From an uncultured bacterium (lineage in GTDB: Bacteria; Zhuqueibacterota; QNDG01; DTFT01): a stretch of 64,000 bases of DNA. The position numbers and the translations under genes are program-made. The notes below the pieces were generated by a model. That model did no database searches. It worked only from the letters and a program-made list of their open reading frames with translations, and was not told the origin of the DNA. The stretch is from positions 1 to 64,000 of the forward strand of contig CAVTNR010000021.1 of the NCBI GenBank assembly GCA_963736115.1, written 5' to 3'. Positions 11,414-21,147 of the stretch are shown in pieces (position 1 is the first letter of the stretch; each line of letters begins with the position of its first letter).

Positions 11414-13013
11414 TCACTTCGCCTCAGGCTTATCCTTCACGCAAGTGACGGTTTCTCCGGATTTCTGAAATTCCCTGCCGCAATTTCCGCAAACGGATTT
11501 CTTGGCCTTGTCGAATTCGATCTTGTGCCCGCACTTGCACACCCACGATAGAAACCGCGCGGGATTGCCCACCACCAGCGCGAAATCCGGCACATCCTTG
11601 GTGACCACGGCGCCCGCGCCCACGAACGCGTATTGACCGACCGTGGAACCGCATACAATGGTGCTGTTCGCGCCGAGCGACGCGCTTTTCTTCACCAGGG
11701 TCTTGTAGTAGAACTCGGTGCCCCTCTGGGGGAACTCGCTTCTCGGTTGCTTGACGTTCGTGAACACCATGGATGGCCCGCAAAACACGAAGTCCTCGAG
11801 CTCCACGCCCTCGTACACGGACACGTTGTTCTGTATCTTCACGCTGTTCCCGATGCGCACATTGTTGCCCACATTGACGTTCTGTCCGATGCTCACGTTT
11901 TTACCGATGCGCGAGCCGCTCTGGATATGCGAGAAATGCCACACTTTGGTGCCCGCACCCAGTTCCACGTCCCCGTCCACGACAGCGGACGGATGGATAA
12001 AATACTCTTTTTTTACAGCCGCAGGCTCCTTTTTCGCGGGCAGGACTTCCTTGCCGGAGATCAGGCTTTCCGAAGCCTGTTCGAGAATGTCGAGCACTTC
12101 CTCGGCGTTCCTGCCGTCCGCCGTTTCCACGGCTTTGCCGTCCAGGGCCGCGATGAAAGCCTTCAATTCCTCAGCCAGGGGCGCGGCCTGGCCGTAGGGG
12201 ATTTTCTCGGTCGGCCCATCGCGCTTGATGGGTTCGCCCTTGACCCAGTCGATGCCCTTCTCGTAGAAAAGGATTTCACGGGAGTCGGAGGAATCTTCGA
12301 ACGAGACCATGCCCTTTGAGCCGATCACAACGAGCCTGTGTTCCTTGAAGGGGTGGAGCCAGCTCACGAATATGTGGCCGACGATGTTTCCCGGATACCG
12401 CAGAACGGTCAGGGTGGAATCGTGTATGGCCGGCTGAACAAAGGCCCCGCCCCTCGAAACCACTTCCACCGGCCTGTCGCCGATAAGGTCCTGGAATATG
12501 GATATGTCGTGCGGCGCGAAGCTCCAGAGAATGTTCTCTTCCTTGCGCACCGTGCCCAGGTTCAGCCGATTGCTGTACAGGTATTCGATTTTACCGAGTT
12601 TGCCGCTGTTGATCAATTCTTTGATTTTTCGGATGGCCGGATGGAAGAGCAGGACATGGCCGACCATGAGCGGCACATGCTCCTTCTCCGAAAGGGCCCT
12701 CAGCCGCCTGGCCTCGGACGAGGCGAGCGTGATCGGCTTCTCGACCGAGCACCGGCTTTTTCAGGGACAGCAGATGCTCGGCGATCTGAAAATGGGTCTC
12801 GGCCGGCGTGGCCACGATGAATCCGTCGTAACCGGCGCCCGCCGCCTCGCGGAAGTCGGCGTGCACGGCAGCGGACGGGTACTGCTTCGCCAGTTCGGCG
12901 CGGACGGCCTCGCGTGTATCGACAATGCCGCCGAGACTGCCCAGTTCATTGAGGGTCTTGATGTGGTTCTTTCCCCATCTTCCGGCCCCGATGACGCAGA
13001 TGCGTTTCGACAT
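11414..13013 (-). CDS. Gfo/Idh/MocA oxidoreductase fused to hexapeptide N-acetyltransferase (WbpB-WbpD-like; one frameshift near 12746)
   Basis: N-terminus MSKRICVIGAGRWGKNH...VATPAETH starts at ATG 13013. Removing one G restores VEKP and joins 11414..12676 (SFAPHDIS, then IHPSAVVD, KIQNNVSVYEGV, GPSMVFTN, VVGNPAR and a C-terminal CKCG..CGNC). Confidence 0.88.
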
Positions 13014-13023
13014 GTGTTTCTCC

Positions 13024-14160
13024 TCAGGAGAAAAAGGACCGGATCGCCGCGACCACTTCGTCCTGCTGTTCGGCCGTGAGCTCCGGGTAGATGGGAAGGG
13101 CGATGGTGTTTTTCGATGCCCGTTCGCTGATCGGGAAATCCCCGCTCTTGTATCCGAGATACTTGAAGCATTCCTGTTCGTGGAAAGGAACCGGATAGTA
13201 CACTTCGTGGCCGATGCCCTTCTCCTGCAGGTTCTTGCGCAATTCGTCCCGCTTCTCCGGGAGCAGAATGACGTACTGGTTGTAGATGTGATGCTCGGGT
13301 CCGTACACAGCGGCCGGCTTGACAATGCCCTTGACGTCGAGCGTCTTGTTGTACCGGTCCGCATTGGCCCGCCTTCTGGCGTGCCACGATTCCAGATGAG
13401 GCAGTTTGACCAGGAGCACGGCCGCCTGCACGGTGTCGAGCCTGAAATTGCCGCCGATCATGGAATGAAAGTACTTGGGATGCGCGCCGTGGTTTCTCAG
13501 CTTCGCGAGCTTATCGGCGAGCGCCGCGTCTTTCGCGACCACCATGCCGCCGTCTCCCATGGCGCCGAGATTCTTGCTCGGAAAGAAGGAGAAACAACCC
13601 ATGTCGCCCATGGCCCCGGCCTTCTTCACCCCGGACCTTGAGGGATACGTCGCGCCTATGGCCTGTGCCGCGTCTTCAATCACCGGTACGCCGCGCTCGC
13701 GTGTCACGTCGAGAATCGCGTCCATATCCGCGCACTGTCCGTACAGGTGCACCGGAATGACGGCCTTGACTTTGGCCGCTTTGTCCGGATTCTTTTTGAA
13801 CCACTCGCGGAGCCCGGCCGGGTCGATGTTGTAGGTGACAGGATCGATGTCCACAAACACGGGAGTCGCGCCCAGACGGGCCACGACTCCGGCAGTGGCG
13901 AAAAATGAGTACGGGGTTGTGAGCACGAGATCGCCGGGTCCGATATCCAGGGCCATCAGGGCCACCAGGAGCGCGTCCGTTCCGGAAGATACGCCGATGC
14001 CGTAGCCGACGCCCGTGTACGCGGCCACCTGGGCCTCCAGTTCCTTCACCTGCGGCCCCATGATGAAGGCGGTGTTGTCCATCACCTTGTCCAGCGCGGC
14101 TGAAATCTCGGCCCGCAGGGGTTTCTGCTGGGCTTTCAGATCGAGCAGAGGTACCGGCAT
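13024..14160 (-). CDS. DegT/DnrJ/EryC1/StrS PLP aminotransferase (WbpE-like)
   Basis: [36 protein letters not shown]. Confidence 0.93.
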   Translation of the reverse strand: MPVPLLDLKAQQKPLRAEISAALDKVMDNTAFIMGPQVKELEAQVAAYTGVGYGIGVSSGTDALLVALMALDIGPGDLVLTTPYSFFATAGVVARLGATPVFVDIDPVTYNIDPAGLREWFKKNPDKAAKVKAVIPVHLYGQCADMDAILDVTRERGVPVIEDAAQAIGATYPSRSGVKKAGAMGDMGCFSFFPSKNLGAMGDGGMVVAKDAALADKLAKLRNHGAHPKYFHSMIGGNFRLDTVQAAVLLVKLPHLESWHARRRANADRYNKTLDVKGIVKPAAVYGPEHHIYNQYVILLPEKRDELRKNLQEKGIGHEVYYPVPFHEQECFKYLGYKSGDFPISERASKNTIALPIYPELTAEQQDEVVAAIRSFFS

Positions 14161-14172
14161 CGCTTTATCCCT

Positions 14173-14730
14173 TCAGGATGATGATTGGTGTGAATCGCTG
14201 ATTTTCCGGACGTTCCACCGGTCCACGTTGAACCGGATTCCCTGGCTGATGGAGGGAATCGAGACCAGGAACCGCTTCCCCGCCTGCACCTCGACGATGC
14301 GGCCGGCCAGGCCGGCGAGGGGCCCGGACTCGATTTCCACCGTGTCTCCGGGGCCCGCTTCCACGGGCGCGGACTCCGGGTCCGAAGCCTCGGCCAGAAT
14401 GCGGCGGATCATCTCGATTTCCACGTCCCGCACCACGGCCAATTGGCCCTGGAACGTGACCAGGCGCACGACGCCGATGCATTGCACGGCGCGGTAACGC
14501 TCCTGTTTTCCCCCCTGAACGAAAATGTAACTCTTGAAAAGCGGCTCTTCCACCCATTTCTTCCGGTCGCTCCATTTTTTCAGCGACCGTTTCATGGGCA
14601 GATAAACGGGTATGCCCTTTTCATTCAGCTGAAGCTCCACCTTTTTCTCGTGGCGCGACCGCGTGTACATCGCATACCAGCGCGGCTCGTCTTCCCCGCC
14701 GCCGGATGGGCGGGTTACGGACCCGGTCAT
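14173..14730 (-). CDS. UpxY/RfaH-type NusG-family transcription antiterminator
   Basis: WYAMYTRSRHEKKV, KKWSDRKKWVEEPLFKSYIFV and KOW motif GDTVEIESGPLAGLAG. Its own ATG at 14730 overlaps the upstream TGA. Confidence 0.88.
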   Translation of the reverse strand: MTGSVTRPSGGGEDEPRWYAMYTRSRHEKKVELQLNEKGIPVYLPMKRSLKKWSDRKKWVEEPLFKSYIFVQGGKQERYRAVQCIGVVRLVTFQGQLAVVRDVEIEMIRRILAEASDPESAPVEAGPGDTVEIESGPLAGLAGRIVEVQAGKRFLVSIPSISQGIRFNVDRWNVRKISDSHQSSS

Positions 14731-15717
14731 CAGCCGCCTGTCCCGAGTTTGAGGTATTCCCTGCGGTCCTTCACCACGTCGGTCACAATGGCATCCAGCC
14801 GGATCTGCGGCTTCCAACCGGTCAGTTCCGCGATGCGCTTCAGGGACGGAACCCGTTCTCTGCATGTCCTCGAATCCGCCCCCGGGAAAGGCCTGGTCGT
14901 ACGGCACTTTCTGAATGCCGGACCGGCTCCCCGCGGCCTTGATCACGAGCCCGGCCAGAGACTCGATGGTCACTTCTTCGTCGTTTCCGACATTGATGAC
15001 CTTACCGACGCACGACTCCGTCTGCGCCACCAGCAGGAGGGCGCGGACCACATCCTGGATGTGGCAGAAGCACCGGCTCTGGGTTCCGTCTCCGTACACC
15101 AGCAGGGGCCTGCCGAGCAGGGCGGCCTCGACGAAGCGCGGAATCACCATGCCGTACTGGGACGACTGGCGCGGGCCCACGGTGTTGAACAGCCGGACCA
15201 CCACCACGGGCAGTCCGCTTTTCTTGTGGTGGGCCAGCACGAGAAACTCGTCGAGCGCCTTGGCGCAGGCATAGGCCCAGCGGTGCAAAGTCGTGGGGCC
15301 TTCCAGCCTGTCCCCGTCCTCGCTGAACGGGACGTCCTCGCTCTTGCCGTACACTTCACTGGTGCTCGTGAACACGACCTTCTTGCGGTAACGGGAAGCG
15401 AATCTCATCACTGCGTCCGTGCCGTGGAACGTCGTCTCGATGGTTTCGACCGGCCGTTCCATGACGAGTTGGACGCCCACCGCGGACGCGAGATGGAAGA
15501 CCATATCGGCTTCGCGTACGAGCGGCTCGAGCAGGTCGGATTCGGTCACGGAGCCGAAAATCATCCGGAGTTCCGGGTGCGCGGAAACCGCGGCCAGGTT
15601 GGCGAAGGATCCCGTCGAGAGATTGTCGATCACCGTGACGCGGTGTCCGCCGGCCAGCAGGGTTTCGGCCAGGTGCGATCCGACGAAACCGGCGCCGCCG
15701 GTAATGAGGGCATGCAT
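14730..15717 (-). CDS. NAD-dependent sugar epimerase/dehydratase (one frameshift near 14856)
   Basis: LITGGAGFVGSHL, TSTSEVYGK, YACAK, RLFNTVGPRQ. Removing one A gives DMQRRVPSLKRIAELTGWKP...GTGG* ending at 14730. Confidence 0.9.
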
Positions 15718-15850
15718 GAATGAATTCCTTTCGAAAAAGCGCTCAGGGACGGTTCCCGGAAGCGCGAACATCCCGGTTACCGGGACAGCGGATCATCTCA
15801 ATCGGACGTGAGTCCGGCCAGCCTCAGGTTACGGCCGGACAGACCATCCT

Positions 15851-18151
15851 TCAGTGCTTCTTTTCCTTGCCGTCCGACGAGTAATAATAGTAGTAGTAGG
15901 ACCCCATCATGCGGTCCAGGTTCATGCCGTTGATGAGAATGCCGAGCATGTTGGCCTTCACATTGTCGAGCAGGGCCTTGCTGTGCACGAGCGCGTCGCG
16001 GTTGGTGACGCCCGACCGAATGACGAGAATCGCGCCGTCGAGCTGGCAAGCCAGCACGGCGGCGTCGGTCACCGCGATGATGGGCGGCGTGTCGAACAGG
16101 ACGATGTCGTACTGCGATGTGGCCCTCTGGATGAACTGCTGCATCATCTTCGAGGCCAGGAGCTCCGACGGGTTGGGCGGCAGGGTGCCGGACGTGACCA
16201 GGGACAGATGGTCGATTTTCGTCGGCTTGACCGCCTCTTCCATGGAGAGCCGGCCCACCAGCACATTGGTCAGACCCTCGTTGCGCGACTGCTCGAATAT
16301 GCCGTGCAGAACCGGCCTGCGCAGATCCGTGTCGACGAGCAGGGTCTTGGACCCCATCTGCGCGAAGGTGATGGCCAGGTTGGCCACGGACGTGGATTTT
16401 CCCTCGCCCATGCCGGAACTCGTGACCATGGCGGTTTTCATGGGCTTGTCGGCCCTGGAATACTGGATGTTGGTCCGGATCGTCCGGTAGGCCTCGGATA
16501 TGGGGGACTTGGGCGCGAAATGGGTGATCAGCCGCGATTCGATACGCATGATCTCCCCGTTTCCTTCCCGACGCCGCCCGACTTTCTGGGTGGAGATGAA
16601 CGGAATGGAACCGAGCACGGGCAATCCCAGGCGTTCCACCTCCTCGGCGGACTTGAGGGAGTTGTCCAGGTACTCCTTGAGCAGAGTGACGCCCACGCCC
16701 AGGCCGAGCCCCATGAGGAAACCGAGAATCAGGTTGGTGCGTTTCTTCGGCTTGATCGGGTATTTCGGGGGACGCGCCTGGTCCACGATGCGCACGGAAC
16801 CGATCTGGCTGGCCTCTGCGATGCGGTTTTCCTCGTATTTTTCACGGAGCATGATGAAGATCTTGGAATTGACCTCGGCCTCGCGGGTCAGCCGCGCCAG
16901 TTTCAGGCTTTTGTCCGGCAGGTTGCTCAGGTCGCGGTTGTACCGGTCCACGATTTTCGACAGTTCGTCGATTCTCGCCCGAGCGACTTGTTCTCGGTGC
17001 GGATCTCCAGAATGCTGTTGAACAGGGTTTCGGACAGGTTCAGCGTATTGAAGGTGGCCGTTCCGCTGGCGACCATCTTCCTTTTTTCCTCGGTGATGCT
17101 CTCCTGCAGGCCCCGGATCCGCTGTTCCATATTGTTCAGCTTGACGTCGTCCGTGACATTATAGCCGCGGCTCCGCAACTGCTGTTCGTAGGCCGATTTC
17201 TCCGTGATCAGCCGCGCCATTTCATTTTCCAGCGCGGCGATCACCGAGCTGGAGGTGCTGGCGGCCTGGTCCACAATGGCCTTCTGGTTTTCGTCGAGCT
17301 GGGATTCCAGGTAGTTCAGCCGTTTCTCATTGGCTTCATAGTCGGTCCTGGCCGCCATGTACTGGGTCTCGAACTCTGCAAGCTGTTTGATCATCTGCTC
17401 GGTCTCAGCCGGAAGCTCCGCGACCTTGTTCACTTCCTTGTAGTCTTTCAGGGCGTTTTCGGCAGTGGCCAGCGTGTCCTGTACGTCCTTCACCTTGGTT
17501 TCGAGGAATTCGCGGACCTTGGTGGCTTCGCCCTGGCTCTCCTCGAGATCCTTTTTCTGGTAGACCTTCATCCAGGTGTTCGCGATGAAGGCCGCTTCGT
17601 AGGGGCTGGCCGCCTGTACCTTCAGCTCGATCATGTCCGTATTGCGCTTGGGCACCACCGAGATCATCCCCTTTCCGGAAATCCTCGGCCAGGTCCGTGG
17701 AGGAAACGGAATCCGAGGCCGCTGAGTCCGTTCCGAAAAACCGCATCTTCTCGAACAGCGCCTTCACTGCGCCGGGAAGAATACGGTCCAGGGTGAACTT
17801 TTCTTCCATCTTCCGCTTGCCGAGAATATAGAGCGAATCCGCGACCGGAGATTTCTGCAGGGACTGGATGACACTTTCCGCCAGCGTCATGCTTTTCAGG
17901 ATCTCCACCTGGTTGTTGATCCGGCTTTCCTGCTGCATGATGTTCGTCATCTGGAACAGTTGGCGCCGGATGCCCGCGTCGTCCTTGATCATGACCATGG
18001 CCGAGGCTTCGTATACCGGGTGGGCCGTGTAGGTGTAATACACCGTGCCCGCGAATACCGTCAGGAAACAGATCAGAATGATCCACTTCCCGCGGACGAT
18101 CATCCGCAGGTATTCCTTCAGGGAAAGTTGTTGTTCCTCGGGTTCTTCCAC
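15851..18151 (-). CDS. wzc: Polysaccharide co-polymerase / tyrosine autokinase Wzc, copy 2 (frameshifts near 17667 and 16980)
   Basis: Three ORFs (17405..18151, 16927..17667, 15851..16951) are colinear with copy 1. Walker A SSGMGEGKS, A' VDTDLRRP, B LFDTPP, and a C-terminal YYYYYY cluster. Confidence 0.88.
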
Positions 18152-18174
18152 TGGTCAAATCCCCCTCAATGAAC

Positions 18175-20448
18175 TCACGAATACGTGTAATACTTGTAAT
18201 ACGACCCGTACCGGTGATGAATGTCCAGGCTGTTGATCATGACGCCGAGAATGTTCGCATTGACGTTCTTCAGGAGCGTCATGGAGCGGAGCAGGCCGTC
18301 CCGGTCCGTTTTCTCGGACCGGAGCACCAGCAGTACGCCGTCCAGCTGGGAGGCGAGCACCGCTGAATCGGTCACCGCGATCACCGGCGGGCTGTCCATC
18401 AGCACCATGTCGAACTTGGCGGAAACCTTCTGGATCAGCTGTTTCATGATCCGGGAGGACAGAAACTCCGATGGATTCTTCGGCAGGGTGCCGGACGTGA
18501 GCAGGTACAGGTTCTTCACCCGGGTCGGCCGGATGACCTGGCCCAGGGAGGCGCGGCCCGTCAGCACGTTCGTCAGGCCGACATTGCGGCCGGCTCCGAA
18601 CAGCCTGTGCAGAACCGGCCGCCGGAGATCGGTGTCGATGATCAGGGTTTTCGCGTCCATTTGCGCGAAGGTGATGGCCAGGTTCGCCACGGAGGTGGAT
18701 TTGCCGTCCCCGGGCCCCGGGCTGGTGACCAGAAGCGTCCGGATCGGCTTGTCCACGTGCGAGTACTGAATGTTGGTGCGCAGGGTGCGGTACGACTCGG
18801 ATACGGGCGAATTCGGCTGAAAATTCGTGATGAGCCGCGACTCGGGCGTCTGGCCGGCTGTATTTCCGGATTCGGTCCGCCTTCCCGGGTGTCGCGCCGC
18901 GATCAGCGGCACCGCGCCGAGCACGGGGAAGCCCATGCGCTCGACGTCCTCGATGGATTTGACCGAGCGGTCCAGGTATTCCCGGACGAGAATGATGCCG
19001 ACACCCAGGCCGAGGCCGTACAGCACGCCGATCAGCAGATTGCGCATCTTGTCGGGTTTGATGGGGACCTTGGGCGGCTCCGCGTAATCCACGATCCGGA
19101 TGGACCCGATCTGGCTGGCCTCCTTGATGCGGCTCTCCTCGTATTTTTCCCTCAGCATCATGAAGATGTTGTTGTTCACCTCGGCTTCGCGTTGAAACCG
19201 GGCCAGCTTCAGGCTCTTTTCGGGGAGCGCGTTGAGTTCCGAGTTGTAACGCTGGAGAATGCTCTGATACGCATCGGCCTTGGCCCGGAGGGACGTGTTC
19301 TCGGTTTCGATCTCCAGGATGGTGTTGATCAGGGACTCGGCGAAGTCGATGGGATTGATGGATGACCCGCCGCTGTTGACCAGTTTCCGCTTTTCTCCCG
19401 CGATGCTTTCCTGAAGGCCCAGAAGGCGCTGTTCCATCTGCCTGAGCTTGACGTCGCTGGACGTGACATACCCGGCGCCGCGCAGCTGCTGTTCGTATGA
19501 GGCTTTCTGGGCGATGAGCTCGGCCATCTGCCGCTCCAACTGCTGGATCACGGAGCTGGAGGCGCCCGAGGCCTCCGCGAGAATGGATTTCTGGTTCTCG
19601 TCCAGCTGCGAATTCAGGTAGGCGAGCCTCTTCTCATTGGCCTCGAGCTCGGTTCTGGCTTCCTGAAAGGACGCTTCGAAAGCCGCCATCTGCTGAATCA
19701 TCTGCTGGGTCTCGGTGTTCAGCTCCGCGACGCCCTCGGATTTCTTGTAGTCCTTGAGCGCGTCCTCGGACCGGGACAGCACGGTCTGCACGTCGGTCAG
19801 TTTGTTTTCCAGAAACAGCCGCACTTCGGAGATTTCACCCCGGCTTTCCCGCATGTCCATTTCCTGGTAGGCTTCCATCCAGGTGTTGGCGATCAGCGCG
19901 GCTTCGTACGGGTCAAAAGCCTGCACGTGGAGTTCGATCATGTCGGTCTGATCCTTGGGGACCAGGGTCCGGGACAACTTCCGGAACTGCTCGACCAGTT
20001 TTTCAAAGGAAGGGGCGGCTGCCGCGTTTTCATCCGAGCTGGAACGGAAGGTGGATGAAAACCACCGCTTGAACGAAAAACGCTCAACCCGCGGCATATT
20101 CCCCAGAAAAACCAGGGAATCCGCCTGGGGCATACCCTTGAGGCTCTGGATGACTTCCTTGGCCAGGGTCCGGCTTTTGAGAATCTGCATGTGGTTCTGC
20201 AGAAGGGTCTCCGACTGGCCGAAATTCACGTCGTTGAAGAGGGTCCGCTGGACATTGTTGTCCTTTTTCAGCATAATCATCGCGGAAGCCTCGTAAACGG
20301 GCAGTGTGGTGATGTTGAAATAAACAGTGAATGTCACCACCACGCCGAGGCAGATGAATACGATCCACCGGCCCCTGTAGAAAATACGGAGGTAGTCGTT
20401 GACGCTGAATTGTCTCTGTTGCGGCGTATCCAAATCAGGCATCCTCAT
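18175..20448 (-). CDS. wzc: Polysaccharide co-polymerase / tyrosine autokinase Wzc, copy 1
   Basis: Wzz-type N-terminus, coiled coil, SPGPGDGKS, IDTDLRRP, MDSPP, and a Tyr-rich tail YGSYYKYYTYS. Confidence 0.93.
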   Translation of the reverse strand: MRMPDLDTPQQRQFSVNDYLRIFYRGRWIVFICLGVVVTFTVYFNITTLPVYEASAMIMLKKDNNVQRTLFNDVNFGQSETLLQNHMQILKSRTLAKEVIQSLKGMPQADSLVFLGNMPRVERFSFKRWFSSTFRSSSDENAAAAPSFEKLVEQFRKLSRTLVPKDQTDMIELHVQAFDPYEAALIANTWMEAYQEMDMRESRGEISEVRLFLENKLTDVQTVLSRSEDALKDYKKSEGVAELNTETQQMIQQMAAFEASFQEARTELEANEKRLAYLNSQLDENQKSILAEASGASSSVIQQLERQMAELIAQKASYEQQLRGAGYVTSSDVKLRQMEQRLLGLQESIAGEKRKLVNSGGSSINPIDFAESLINTILEIETENTSLRAKADAYQSILQRYNSELNALPEKSLKLARFQREAEVNNNIFMMLREKYEESRIKEASQIGSIRIVDYAEPPKVPIKPDKMRNLLIGVLYGLGLGVGIILVREYLDRSVKSIEDVERMGFPVLGAVPLIAARHPGRRTESGNTAGQTPESRLITNFQPNSPVSESYRTLRTNIQYSHVDKPIRTLLVTSPGPGDGKSTSVANLAITFAQMDAKTLIIDTDLRRPVLHRLFGAGRNVGLTNVLTGRASLGQVIRPTRVKNLYLLTSGTLPKNPSEFLSSRIMKQLIQKVSAKFDMVLMDSPPVIAVTDSAVLASQLDGVLLVLRSEKTDRDGLLRSMTLLKNVNANILGVMINSLDIHHRYGSYYKYYTYS

Positions 20449-20508
20449 AAATGTGGGTTGGAGAGGGTCGGTATAAACCCATCATTTACAAGCAAGAATT
20501 GTACCGTT

Positions 20509-21147
20509 CTATCGCAGATCAATGACTTCCGCGTCCTCGGGCGCCTTGAACTGAAAGGCCGAATCCGGGATCGGAATCCCGGTCTGAACCTCGGAAAGCG
20601 TGTACACCGTCCGGTTCTTGCTGATGTCGACCTGCTCGATACGGGCCGGGACGAATGTCTCCGCGTCCACCCACACTTTCATTTTGGGGAAATAGGTGTC
20701 CTCTTTCACGGCGTCAAAGGTCATGATGATGCAATTGCGGCCGAGCACGACCTCCTCGCCTGAAACCCGGTGGCGGTAATCCTTCTGCGTCTTTAAAAAC
20801 AGCGTCTGTGGGAGCCATTCGTTGTCCGTGTTCTCCATTTGGTCGACCAGAAGCCGTTTGGCCGTCTTGCTGTAGGTCCAGAGCGTTTTGCCGTCCGACA
20901 CGATGACCTGGTCATCCGTGGTGATGCGGAAGGCCGCGTCTCCCTTCAGCTCGAACTCGCCGCGAATCGTCTGATTTTCTCCGACCATCTGCCAGAGAAA
21001 CTTCTGCTCGAACCGGGCCTTGACCGTCACCTGGTCGGTCAGAACCTTCCTGACTTTTTCGATGATTTCCCGCGAATCCGCGGCCCGTGCCGCCAGGGGC
21101 AGGCCGGCCAGCAGTAGAACCGTCGTGATGATGCGTCTCGTGTTCAT
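20509..21147 (-). CDS. lolA: Outer-membrane lipoprotein carrier LolA
   Basis: Signal peptide, ARFEQ, QVIVSDGKTLWTYS and terminal FQFKAPEDAEVIDLR. ATGA overlap with ftsK; ftsK-lolA is a common gene order. Confidence 0.88.
   Translation of the reverse strand: MNTRRIITTVLLLAGLPLAARAADSREIIEKVRKVLTDQVTVKARFEQKFLWQMVGENQTIRGEFELKGDAAFRITTDDQVIVSDGKTLWTYSKTAKRLLVDQMENTDNEWLPQTLFLKTQKDYRHRVSGEEVVLGRNCIIMTFDAVKEDTYFPKMKVWVDAETFVPARIEQVDISKNRTVYTLSEVQTGIPIPDSAFQFKAPEDAEVIDLR

Noticed and set aside
14173-15771. Apparent 532-aa epimerase-NusG fusion protein
   Set aside because: One extra A near 14856 creates the fusion. The normal epimerase C-terminus, its TGA and an overlapping ATG for UpxY are all present.
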